Assembly (NCBI RefSeq): GCF_006345805.1
Contig: NC_043013.1
Location: 30,132,001 to 30,196,000 of the forward strand
Length of the DNA: 64,000 bases
Reading direction: 5' to 3'
Origin: Octopus sinensis
Taxonomy: Eukaryota
Position 1 is the stretch's first letter. The number at the start of each line of letters is the position of its first letter. The translations under genes and the position numbers were made by a program. The notes under the pieces are model-generated. The model had not been told where the DNA came from, did not search any database, and saw only the letters and a program-made list of their open reading frames with translations. Below, one piece after another: positions 27,121-39,711 of the stretch.

Positions 27121-27759
27121 TCTTGTGTATGTTCAGTTATTCCCCCCACCCCACGAATGATGAATGATTACCTCCTCTGCGTCCAATAATAATGATCACC
27201 AATAACCTTCCCTTAGATTTTTCTACTTCTTGAATCATTCATTCATAAATTTCTCCACACGTAACATGGTCTAAAATCGTATTAAGAAAATACGAAATTA
27301 CAATGATTTCAATGTCATGATTAGTGAAAGCGAAACTGGTCGACAAACACAATATAAAATATATTAAAACAGTACAAAGTGTGTGCATTTTCCTTCTTTT
27401 ATTTTATATATATATATATCTTTTGCATTACAACTTACCACGTGGGAATATTCGAAATTCCAGACAGACAGACAGACGGACACACACACACACATATATA
27501 TATATATGAATTTATATATATGTGTATATGTTTGTGCATGCATGTATAATTGTATGTATATATAATTTAGAGCAGTATGTAATTCACATTGTGCTTTTCA
27601 AACATATTAGAGTCACCTTTATATATTCTTTTCATTTATTATTGTAGCACATGTCGAACACAGCCCATTTAATTCTCGTATTAACTATTGTTTGCGTAAA
27701 GATAGTGAACCAAAAATGTTTACTAATTTCATACTGTGAATAGTGCTACCCAAACCCTC

Positions 27760-28065
27760 TTTATTCTTTATGTAAATATTAGAACATAAAAGACTCGTAA
27801 TTGTTTAAATTGGTTTGATTTTTAATGTAAAAATTTAAACTATTATTCTATTCAATCTAACCCAAATTTATTTTTTGTCTTCATTCTTAATGTAAATATG
27901 TAAACACCAAACAATCCTAATTGTTTTAATTAATTTGGTTTGTAAGATAAAAATCTATACTACTCTGATAGTCATTCTAGCCCAACGTTTTTTCCTTTAT
28001 TCTTAATGTAAATATGTAAACACTGAATATCTCTCTAATTGTTTTAACTAATTTGGTTTCTAATA
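27760..28065. repeat. Diverged AT-rich minisatellite, ~3 units of ~115-121 bp
   Basis: ATTCTT.ATGTAAATAT.T...TAATTGTTT.AA...TTGGTTT recurs near 27763, 27884 and 28000. Confidence 0.7.
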
Positions 28066-28787
28066 TAATTGTCTGAAATGTTATTGTATACCATCTCTTT
28101 AAATATTAGATTCTTTGTTTTCCCTTTCATTTATTACAACGGCGATATTTTTAAAAATCATATTAGAGTTCGAAGCCAGAGGGCTATTTGGTAAATATTT
28201 TAAAATGTCATAAGAATAATAATATTAAGTTCAAATCAATGTGAAATAAACAACATTTTTTTAAAATCTTAGAAGCACTCTGATAGAAAAAGAAAAATTT
28301 GTTCTCTTTGATCAAGTTGTTTACGTCATTTTTTAAAAATTCATAGAATTAAAAAGAAAATTTTTATAGCATCAATACAATTCATTGCGTTTTGCAAATA
28401 TCAAAGATATTTAGGCAATTATCAATCGTTTTTCTATCCATGTACTGCATTATAATAAGCAGCAATGGCTCCTTATTTTAAGTGCATAGTCATTCGACAA
28501 AGAAGAGCCGTATATGTGTGTCTGGTGTAATGCAGTTTACAACTTTCATGTTTAAATTCAAAATTGCATATTACATTTAATGACTTCTGTGTTTCCTAAG
28601 TTTGTTTTCGTGCTAGTAAGGTGATTATTTCTTTCTGTGTTAGTATCAAGCTTTCTAACTACGAGTTTGTATTTCGGTATGATACAGTTCATGGTTTCCT
28701 TGATGTGATTTTTTAACGATTTATATTATTCCACCTTGTGACCAGATATATGATATATGACACAATCAACTAACATAACAGTGAATA

Positions 28788-28977
28788 CAGTTCTATATTT
28801 AAGAGATGAGGAATTATGTACGTTATTTACATTATTTACATTCGATGGATATTTGTCCTCATCTAACTACTACGCCATATGCCCGTGGGCATATGGCGTA
28901 GTGGTTAAGAGCGCAGGCTACAAACCCTAAGATTCCGAGTTGGATTCCAAGCAGTGACCTAAACAATAATAATAATA

Positions 28978-29021
<44 letters not shown>

Positions 29022-29185
29022 TCGAAAATTACCTAAAAATGAGGACCCAGGATCGAAATTTCCTAAGACACCCGAAGAAGGCGGGGGGGGGGGTATATCA
29101 GCCGAAACGGTGTGTTAACAAAAAATCAGATGAGGACAAATATTTGTCGAATGTAAATAATGTAAATAATGTAAATAATAATAAC
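28788..29185 (+). mobile_element. Composite element, family B: tRNA-like head + (AAT)n + hammerhead-bearing tail, preceded by an inverted partial copy
   Basis: A box TGGCGTAGTGG and B-box-like GAGTTGGATTCC at 28887-28955; (AAT)n ~28965-29018; hammerhead-like motif 29068-29115; 28823-28864 is the reverse complement of 29128-29169 (39/42); 21-bp palindrome arms 28864-28884/28887-28907. Confidence 0.8.
29068..29115 (+). ncRNA. Degenerate minimal type I hammerhead motif, family B
   Basis: ACAC-CCGAAGA-A-GGC...GCC-GAA-AC GG U/GUGU: helix I ACAC/GUGU and the core are recognisable, but U4 and the cleavage-triplet U are mutated. Confidence 0.6.
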
Positions 29186-29272
29186 GGTGGAAATGTCATG
29201 CTTCTGGGAATGATTATATAGCTGATAGAATCTGGACTTTGAAATATAGATCGACAAATATTCCTAGATATT

Positions 29273-30002
29273 CTTTTCTACTCTAGACACAAAGCGCGAA
29301 AATTTTGGGGAGGGTGCAGCCGATTAGATCGACTCCAGTACATAACTGGTACTTAATTTATCGCCGCAGAAATGATGAAAGGTAAAGTCGACCTCGGCGG
29401 AATTTGAACTCAGAACGTAAAGACAGACGAAATACCACAAGGGGCTAAACACAGAGAGGACAAACAAGGACAGACAAACGGATTAAGTCGATTACATCGA
29501 CCCCAGGGCGTAAGGGTACTTATTTAATCGACGCCGAAAGGATGAAAGGCAAAGTCGACCTCGGCGGAATTTGAACTCAGAACGTAAAGACAGACGAAAT
29601 ACCACAAGGGGCTAAACACAGAGAGGACAAACAAGGACAGACAAACGGATTAAGTCGATTACATCGACCCCAGGGCGTAAGGGTACTTATTTAATCGACG
29701 CCGAAAGGATGAAAGGCAAAGTCGACCTCGGCGGAATTTGAACTCAGAACGTAGCAGACGAAATACCTATTTCTTTATTACCCACAAGGGGCTAAACATA
29801 GCGGAGACAAACAAGGACAGACATAGGTATTAAGTCGATCACATCGACCCCAGTGCGTAACTGGTACATAATTTGTCGACCCCGAAAGGATAAAAGGCAA
29901 AGTAGACCTCGGCGGAATTTGAACTCACAACGTAACGGCAGACGAAATACGGCTACGCATTTCGCCCGGTGTGCTAACGTTTCTGCCAGCTCGCTGCCTT
30001 AA
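29273..30002 (-). mobile_element. SINE family 2, head plus four cores
   Basis: GAACTCA.AAC anchor at 29406, 29573, 29740 and 29921; the two 167-bp units 29406-29572 and 29573-29739 appear identical. Confidence 0.92.
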
Positions 30003-30911
30003 AACATAATATTTCTGCAAATTACCAGGCTACAGCAAAACTTGAACTGAAAATGCAAAGGGCCGAAAGAAATATTGCAAAGCATCCCGCTCGTGCTCCG
30101 GTGATTCTTCCAGTACACTTTATTTTGATTAGCCTCTTTGCCGATTCCGGAAGGATGAATGGGAAAATTGATTTCGACGATGTCCAGACGTCGAACAAGC
30201 GAAGCAGGAATAAATATCTCTAATACTTTCCAAGCCATCCTTTGAACCCATATGTAAATACTAAAATATATTCTTCTCAGAATTACACCGATACTCTCAA
30301 TAAATTCTCGGATATGAAATACACATAGAAAGAAGATAAGAGCATGTCAGATCTCTTCAGTCATGAAGTTATTCTAGATTACAGCAATTTGTCCTTCAAT
30401 ATTTTAGTAAGTGTACGTAGAATACTATATCTAGTGTAATTTTGCTTGTTGTGTGTTAATGAAAGGGGCAGTGCCTCTGTCACTTGTATGTTCTCCTGAA
30501 AAGATGAGGTTGATATCGTAAATAGTTTTTGGAAACATTTTCAACTCATTAAACTACACCAAAACAAAAAGAAAAAAAACAACAAAAAAAGCAAATAAGG
30601 GATTCCAGTGGACCGTTACCCTAAGGAGGAAGGACTGAACATTTTGTTAAATGCAGGATTTGGAGGTTTGACATGTACAATGATGTCGAGAGAAGAGACT
30701 GATACGCTGAGAATACCTCAGTGAGAGTAACATATATCCAACCAGTCCCTAGTACCAAAAATCATTAGGGAAGAAAAAAACAAAGAGAGGAAGATATCCA
30801 TATTTGAGCAAGATGCTGGTTTGACACCATGAGTGACTTATGCCAGTCAGTTGGATGACTCTTTTCTTCATACAGTCTAATGTGTCTGGTGTGCGCAACA
30901 GTAGGAGTAGT

Positions 30912-31280
30912 GGATGGAAGCACTCCGTCGATTACGACGATGAGGGTTCCGGTTGATCCGAATCAACGGAACAACCTGCTCGTGAAATTAACGTGTAAGT
31001 GGCTGAGCACTCCACAGATACGTGTACCCTTAACGTAGTTCTCGGGGATATTCAGCGTGACACAGAGAGTGACAAGGCCGGCCCTTTGAAATACAGGTAC
31101 AACAGAAACAGGAAGTAAGAGTGAGAGAAAGTTGTGGTGAAAGAGTACAGCAGGGATCACCACCATCCCCTGCCGGAGCCTCGTGGAGCTTTAGGTGTTT
31201 TCGCCCGGTCTGGGAATCGAAACCGCAATCCTATGACCGCGAGTCCGCTGCCCTAACCACTGGGCCATTGCGCCTCCACA
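30912..31280 (-). mobile_element. SINE family 3, full length, with 12-bp TSD
   Basis: TSD AGTAGGAGTAGT at 30900-30911 and 31281-31292; A and B boxes on the minus strand. Confidence 0.93.
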
Positions 31281-33536
31281 AGTAGGAGTAGTAACAGCAG
31301 CAGTAACAACATCCTTAATATGAAAGCCATTCTCTATGAAAGACCTCACTTGAGCTTTGTAGAATATCAGTAATCACTGGAGACTGAACCATCTTCAGGC
31401 CGTGACGAGATGAGACATTCGCTGAGACTGGTCTTTAGTATGTTGATGGTTATGTTATAAACTAGCGTCATTGACAGGGATAAGTTTTTCATAGATCCTA
31501 AAACTAATTAAATGAATAGAGATAAATGCTGGTTCAATATCTACGTAAATCCTGCAAAGGAATTATAGCCTCGTTACTACATTGTCATCTTTGTAAGCAA
31601 TATCAAACCATCTTATTGTTGCACTTCAGTCACATATAATTATATAAGTTTGTAATCAAATAAGTTTGTAATGGAATTTAGTATCTGATTGTCAAGAGAG
31701 AACGTCATATAATTATTCTATCATGATATTGTTGCTTATCAGCGCAATGTATTCCGGGGCCCTATACGACAATTATACACTTGACTTGATAATTATTATC
31801 TTGGCTTATATATCTGGCGATGATATACCAGACACTCCAGGAATGTTTTCGTATGTATACTTTTGAATGTCATTGTGGTAAAGCTATCATGTAAAATATC
31901 CTTATATTTCAGAGCTTATCTAATCCCAGGTTAGCTATTTTGCACTTGTATTGGTTTTGGCATTCATGTGTGGTTAAAACAGTGCTGGTAATTAAGCAGC
32001 TGGACGTCAAACAAAATATAATTCACACATTTTAATGTAAAACACTTAAAATTAAATTAGTGAATAACATTATAGTGCTGCAAACAAGTCATACATATTC
32101 CACAGAATCAAACCTTACTCGTCTACACGAAGTACGCTTTACAAATGGCCACGAAGTAATTGAAAATTAAATGTCAATAAACTATATATTATTCACATAA
32201 AAATATCATGTACATTAATTTTCAATCCTTTCGAGAATTTATCCATAATTAGTGGTTTGAGTTTTCTTCTGGTTTTTCTAGCACGAGGCTTACCTATTTG
32301 GAAGCCTCTTAGTGTGTTCTAATGTACACGATATTTTTATGTGAATAATATATAGTCTATTGACTATCTTTTGTGCTAGTCCACTGGTACTAATAATTTC
32401 TATAATTCTTATTACCCTAATATTATATATATATGGCATGCTGACATTGAAATGACTCTGTCACACATATACACACATACACACTCACATGCACAGACAC
32501 ACGTACACACACGAACAGACACAGGGATATATTTAAGCTCCGGAACATATATAATTGAATATTCTAATTTGGATTCTTTAAGTATCATTTATATTTCCGT
32601 TCTGCTGATAATCCAGGAGAATTTGGCACTTGAAATTTCGACGAAATATATATGACAGAGCGTTTATGAATGTTCGGCACTGAAATTTGAAGTCTTAATA
32701 TTAATGATCCCCCCACCAATTTAATTCCGAAAGCAGCCAACACAGATTATGGATCCCTTCTCTGTACCCACTTCACCACACTTACTAGACTCTGACTTTT
32801 TTATTATGTATATATTTACGTAATGTATGCCCTTATTTTTGGCGATATGCGAAACCTAATAAGATAAAATATTATTGAAGAAAGTGGCGTTAGGTCAGAC
32901 AGTGATTTTGATAGTATTTCTAGGAACTAAAAGTACCATCTGCAGCCGCTATTCATCTGGGTTTGTACTTAAATTTCAAAATGTACTGTGGAAGTTATGC
33001 ATAACAAACTACCCGGTTTAACACCGCACCCCATTCTCCTATGTGTTCTATCAGCATTTGAAGCATACACCCGTTTCCCTCTACATCCACGTTATTTATG
33101 TGGATCTTCGGTCTAGATTTTACCCGTATCGATCTAACCCGTATGAGAAGCTGCAGTTGCCACTGACTGAATTTCTCCTAATAGCAATTCACATAATACA
33201 AAGCGAACGATAAGTAATATTATGCCGTGCTTTCAACAGCTGAAACATTTTTTATTTCTTTATATAGTCATATCTCGTGGGAATGCTAGCTTATATTGTA
33301 AGGTTGTAGTTTATTGCATATTTCAAAACATATGGATTACTTTATTCCGCAAAACTTAGCACAAACTATTGCGCTATGTAAGGAAAATTCCCAGGTATTG
33401 TCATATTTACGGATATAAGAAAGCTGAAGGTGGGAGATGAAAGTTGCTACTTAAACTATTTCTAATGCTGTTGTCATTTCCATGGTACATGTAGTCTTCT
33501 TTCACTGTATTTTTTTAGTTTCTTAATGGCTTAGAC

Positions 33537-33996
33537 CAGCGTCTTTCAAACTGTGGGTCGCGAGATATATTAAAATAAATCGCGACAAAAAAAAAAGGAA
33601 AGAAAAAATGTAAGCGGTTGCAAAGTGCAGAATATAAACAACTCTAAATGTTGCACAGCGCTCATAAATCATCGTTAGTTTTAACGATTTCTCCCATGAC
33701 AAGGCAGGTTTTTCCAATCAAAACATAATAGTACATGTTATTATGAATTTATTATAAATATACAAAACGGTTTTGTCCAACCAAGGCAATCAGCAGTCTC
33801 TCGCTCCCTCACCCTCTCTTTTTACCTTGAATCCTTAACTACCAAACAAGTTTGGTTAAATTTTAATAACTAGCTGTTATCAACAACACTAGAAATTGAC
33901 AAATACACACACATTCTCTCTTCTTGAATCGATAATCATTCAGTGATGGCAAGATAAATAAAATGAGTCGCGACAAAAAAAGTTTGAAAAGCGCTG
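33537..33996. mobile_element. hAT (Charlie-like) MITE, 460 bp
   Basis: TIRs CAGCGTCTTTCAAACT / AGTTTGAAAAGCGCTG; 8-bp TSD GCTTAGAC / GCTCAGAC (7/8). Confidence 0.85.
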
Positions 33997-35586
33997 GCTC
34001 AGACGAATATAGCACTCTCGACAATACTACAGGCATCAGAGACATTAGAAAGTCATTTTCATATCTTGACTGATATGCATCAGTGTCTTGTTTCATTAGT
34101 GTGGCTTGTCTGCAGCTATGGCTGTCAGATCGTTGGTGTACGGTTCCATGATTATGATTAATGCTACTATTTGGCACTTGCAAATCAACAGCCACAGGAA
34201 GGACATGTGTAGAGATATATTGCAGAAAAAGATGACGTTTTATGAAGGAAGGGTTGGGGTTAGAATTTACAATGAATTATGGGGTTGGAGCGAAATGGGC
34301 GACGAGAGATACAGAAACAAGAAAAACAACTGAGTCGAAAGCGCTTTGGGTCGAGCTGGCATGAGACAAGTAAGATGTAAAATGCAGAGACTACTCAAAT
34401 AATGGCAAAAATAGCTGAGATGGGAAACAGACCGTGTCTGGATCAAATAGTTCTATGCTTTTTTGATGCGCTTGGTTAATAGAGTTTCGAAGCATGTATT
34501 TCGCCAGTGAAATTGAATTTATGTAGTTTTTACAACTGAAAGGAAGAACTTACACCCTGACGAGTTTCCGTTAAGTGTCAATTTAGCAAATATTTCACAA
34601 GATTGTGGTATACTCGAGACAATGGTAGAATGTAATTTTCTAATATAACACGCGGTAGTATGGAACCCAAAACCACGTAAGTTGGAAACAAACCTCTTAA
34701 ACATCAACTATGGCTATTAATGATTGTGCGTTACTTACGATATATTAGTTATTCCCATTATGGTAGAGATAAAGCCTTTATTCAGAGGCTATATAATTCC
34801 GAATATAGTGGAATACTTATTTGCAAGTATTTCTTAGTGACCTTGGTTCTCGAAACGATAATAAAACAATGATTACTAAACAGTAATGGGAATAAGAAAA
34901 AAAAGAAAGAAACAATTATTGAAGTTCATTTACTGTAATGTTATGAACGATAGCAACAGAAGTGTGAAACCATATCAATTAACTAACATAGATTCTAGAC
35001 TTTTGATGTATAATACTCTATTGTCACATCATTGTATCATCAACTTAATTACCTTCAACAATGTATTGATTTATTTCTAAAAGTACGAGACCGGTTTGGC
35101 AAGGAAAACTATTGTTATGATTGAATTGATCTCAGCATCTTACAGAACAGTATTTTGTGATCATACGGTAGAATTAAAGGCGCAAATTAGACAGCCATTC
35201 GATTCAAAGAAATACAAGGAAAATCGAGTATGTTGAACGGAGTATGCTATGTTTCCAGCATTCTATCTTTTTGTTGTTCATGTGTTTTGTTGCTTTGCCC
35301 TTGGTCACGTCTGAAACGGCAGTCTATGTCTGGCAGCTCTAATCATGTCTAAAATTACATTGCTCAGTCGGTCAGTCGTTTCATGAAGTACTGGTCTGTA
35401 ACCGATCTAAATTTGATATATCGTGTAGAAGCTCTGTCGTTGGTTCCATAACGTTTCTGTTTACACTTCATATATATATTCTTCTATACGTTTGAGCCCT
35501 AAGGTTGCTGCCATGCTGGAGCACAATATATACACACGCACACACACATATTGGCCTTATGCGGAAATTGGAAACCAAATATCATA

Positions 35587-35652
<66 letters not shown>

Positions 35653-35670
35653 CTACATCTGTATAAACAT

Positions 35671-35771
<101 letters not shown>

Positions 35772-35924
35772 GTCTACATATATATATATATCTGTATAAA
35801 CATACATATATATCTATGTGCATATGTATATTTGTGCACAAGACGTCATAAAAATTGTAAAGCTTTATATTTGATTGCGAAATATCTCGAAGCACGCACT
35901 TAACGCTACATATTCTTTTCTATT

Positions 35925-36105
35925 CTAGGCAAATGACCCAAAATTTTAGGAGGAGGTGGCCAGTCGATTAGACCGTCCTCGGTACGCAACTGGTAATTGA
36001 TTTATCGACCTGCAAAGGATGAAAGGCAAAGTGTACCACGGCGGAATTTGAACTCAGAACGTATAGACAGACGAAATACGATAAGCATTTCACTCAGCGA
36101 GCATT
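35925..36105 (-). mobile_element. SINE family 2 copy
   Basis: TTTATCGACCTGCAAAGGATGAAAGGCAAAG...GGCGGAATTTGAACTCAGAACG. Confidence 0.85.
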
Positions 36106-36248
36106 CTTAATGTTATAAATTATAGCATGCAAATATTTGTTTGAAAAAAGCTGAAGGATAGAAGAGAGTCGAATATTTACTTTCTATTATGTATAGCTTC
36201 ATATGTCTGCTTTCATATATATATATATATATGCGTATGTATGTGTAT

Positions 36249-36674
36249 GGCGCAGGAGTGGCTGTGTGGTAAGTAGCTTGATTACGAACCACAGGGCTCC
36301 AGATTTAGTCCCACTGCGTGGCACATTGGGCAAGTGTTTTCTGCTATAGCCTCGGGCCGACCAAAGATTTGTGAGTGGATTTGGTAGACGGAAACTGAAA
36401 GAAGCCCGTCGTATATATGTGTATACATATATATATATATTTATATATATGCATGTTTTTGTGCGTCTGTGTTTGTCTCCCAAACATCGCTTGACAATCG
36501 ATGCTGGTGTGTTTACGGACCCGTAACCTAGCGGCTCGGCAAAAGAGTTCGATAGAATAAGTACTAGGCTTACAAAGAATAAGTCCTGGGGTCGATTTGC
36601 TTGACTAAAGGCGGTGCTCCTACATGGCCACAGTCAATTGACTGAAACAAGCAAAAGAGTAAAAGAGTAAAGAG
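36249..36674 (+). mobile_element. SINE family 1, full length
   Basis: Head GGCGCAGGAGTGGCTGTGTGGTAAG, core, internal (TA)n, 3' half and (AAAGAGT)n tail. Confidence 0.92.
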
Positions 36675-37127
36675 TATATACATACATACATATGAATCCA
36701 CGGATTGTTTTCGTTCAATATTCGGAAAATGGTTATTCCTTAAACCTTTCCCTGATAAGAATCTGATAGAAGAAATGTTTCTAAACCACAGTTTACATAT
36801 AAGGAGCATATCTTCCATATTTTCGTCACATTTCTGGAGGCTGATTTCTGTAATATGTCGGATAAGTCTTATTGCATCTTTCTGCGCTGTAGGTATGTTG
36901 TTTTATGCTGTTATTGCAGTATGACTTCCTGGTGCAGTTATAAGAAGTAGTCGATTGAAAATACCCAATAAAATTATAAAGTCAGCATTATGATGTAAAC
37001 ATAAGTTTGCCTTTGATAAAAATCTCATTCCTTATCTATATGCGCACATACACACGGACTTGCGCACACACACACACACACAATACATGCACACACATAT
37101 GTTGACCTCACGCGGATATTGGAAACG

Positions 37128-37171
<44 letters not shown>

Positions 37172-37173
37172 TA

Positions 37174-37201
<28 letters not shown>

Positions 37202-37204
<3 letters not shown>

Positions 37205-39711
37205 ATTAATCAATATAGGGTGGCAAGGAAAATTTTGTAGAAATTTATTGCCACCAGCGGCCCAGTGGGAAAAAAATTAAATAGTCATAGACCATTTTTA
37301 AGTTCAACATTAACAATTAAGGAACGGCCATAATAGGCCATTCACCCACTAGAAATAACAGCCAAAGCTTCTACCGCAAATAAAGATCAATTCCGTTAAC
37401 AGGAGAAAATTAAAAAAACATTTACCCTGTAATTTCTTGTACGGTATACCGTTTCATTCGCTGTTTAATGGTAAACTAACCTGATTAAATTAAATCAAGC
37501 CAATCTTCCATAAGCCCTCGAATTCTTCAGCAAGAAATAGCTCAAGTCGGAACAGATATTTACACGAGGCATCTCGAACCTTGCCAAGGCAATATCTGAC
37601 CTAAAATTTTCAAATCGTCGCACTCGCGCCAAATTTATCGGCAGCAAATAAATATCAGCCGTCGATTCCATTACGGAATTAACCAAAAAATTCATAATTA
37701 ATCAATATAGGGTGGCAAGGAAAATTTTGTAGAAATTTATTGCCACCAGCGGCCCAGTGGGAAAAAAATTAAATAGTCATAGACCATTTTTAAGTTCAAC
37801 ATTAACAATTAAGGAACGGCCATAATAGGCCATTCACCCACTAGAAATAACAGCCAAAGCTTCTACCGCAAATAAAGATCAATTCCGTTAACAGGAGAAA
37901 ATTAAAAAAACATTTACCCTGTAATTTCTTGTACGGTATACCGTTTCATTCGCTGTTTAATGGTAAACTAACCTGATTAAATTAAATCAAGCCAATCTTC
38001 CATAAGCCCTCGAATTCTTCAGCAAGAAATAGCTCAAGTCGGAACAGATATTTACACGAGGCATCTCGAACCTTGCCAAGGCAATATCTGACCTAAAATT
38101 TTCAAATCGTCGCACTCGCGCCAAATTTATCGGCAGCAAATAAATATCAGCCGTCGATTCCATTACGGAATTAACCAAAAAATTCATAATTAATCAATAT
38201 AGGGTGGCAAGGAAAATTTTGTAGAAATTTATTGCCACCAGCGGCCCAGTGGGAAAAAAATTAAATAGTCATAGACCATTTTTAAGTTCAACATTAACAA
38301 TTAAGGAACGGCCATAATAGGCCATTCACCCACTAGAAATAACAGCCAAAGCTTCTACCGCAAATAAAGATCAATTCCGTTAACAGGAGAAAATTGCTGC
38401 CGATAAATTTGGCGCGAGTGCGACGATTTGAAAATTTTAGGTCAGATATTGCCTTGGCAAGGTTCGAGATGCCTCGTGTAAATATCTGTTCCGACTTGAG
38501 CTATTTCTTGCTGAAGAATTCGAGGGCTTATGGAAGATTGGCTTGATTTAATTTAATCAGGTTAGTTTACCATTAAACAGCGAATGAAACGGTATACCGT
38601 ACAAGAAATTACAGGGTAAATGTTTTTTTAATTTTCTCCTGTTAACGGAATTGATCTTTATTTGCGGTAGAAGCTTTGGCTGTTATTTCTAGTGGGTGAA
38701 TGGCCTATTATGGCCGTTCCTTAATTGTTAATGTTGAACTTAAAAATGGTCTATGACTATTTAATTTTTTTCCCACTGGGCCGCTGGTGGCAATAAATTT
38801 CTACAAAATTTTCCTTGCCACCCTATATTGATTAATTATGAATTTTTTGGTTAATTCCGTAATGGAATCGACGGCTGATATTTATTTGCTGCCGATAAAT
38901 TTGGCGCGAGTGCGACGATTTGAAAATTTTAGGTCAGATATTGCCTTGGCAAGGTTCGAGATGCCTCGTGTAAATATCTGTTCCGACTTGAGCTATTTCT
39001 TGCTGAAGAATTCGAGGGCTTATGGAAGATTGGCTTGATTTAATTTAATCAGGTTAGTTTACCATTAAACAGCGAATGAAACGGTATACCGTACAAGAAA
39101 TTACAGGGTAAATGTTTTTTTAATTTTCTCCTGTTAACGGAATTGATCTTTATTTGCGGTAGAAGCTTTGGCTGTTATTTCTAGTGGGTGAATGGCCTAT
39201 TATGGCCGTTCCTTAATTGTTAATGTTGAACTTAAAAATGGTCTATGACTATTTAATTTTTTTCCCACTGGGCCGCTGGTGGCAATAAATTTCTACAAAA
39301 TTTTCCTTGCCACCCTATATTGATTAATTATGAATTTTTTGGTTAATTCCGTAATGGAATCGACGGCTGATATTTATTTGCTGCCGATAAATTTGGCGCG
39401 AGTGCGACGATTTGAAAATTTTAGGTCAGATATTGCCTTGGCAAGGTTCGAGATGCCTCGTGTAAATATCTGTTCCGACTTGAGCTATTTCTTGCTGAAG
39501 AATTCGAGGGCTTATGGAAGATTGGCTTGATTTAATTTAATCAGGTTAGTTTACCATTAAACAGCGAATGAAACGGTATACCGTACAAGAAATTACAGGG
39601 TAAATGTTTTTTTAATTTTCTCCTGTTAACGGAATTGATCTTTATTTGCGGTAGAAGCTTTGGCTGTTATTTCTAGTGGGTGAATGGCCTATTATGGCCG
39701 TTCCTTAATTG

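Noticed and set aside
38505-38545. CUGAAGA in the reverse 492-bp unit as a hammerhead/retrozyme core
   Set aside because: No G-C-closed helix II followed by GAAA, and no helix I or III pairing.
37495-39530. 66-aa ORF MNFLVNSV... present four times
   Set aside because: It recurs only because the 492-bp unit repeats; no recognisable domain, and not distinguishable from a chance ORF.
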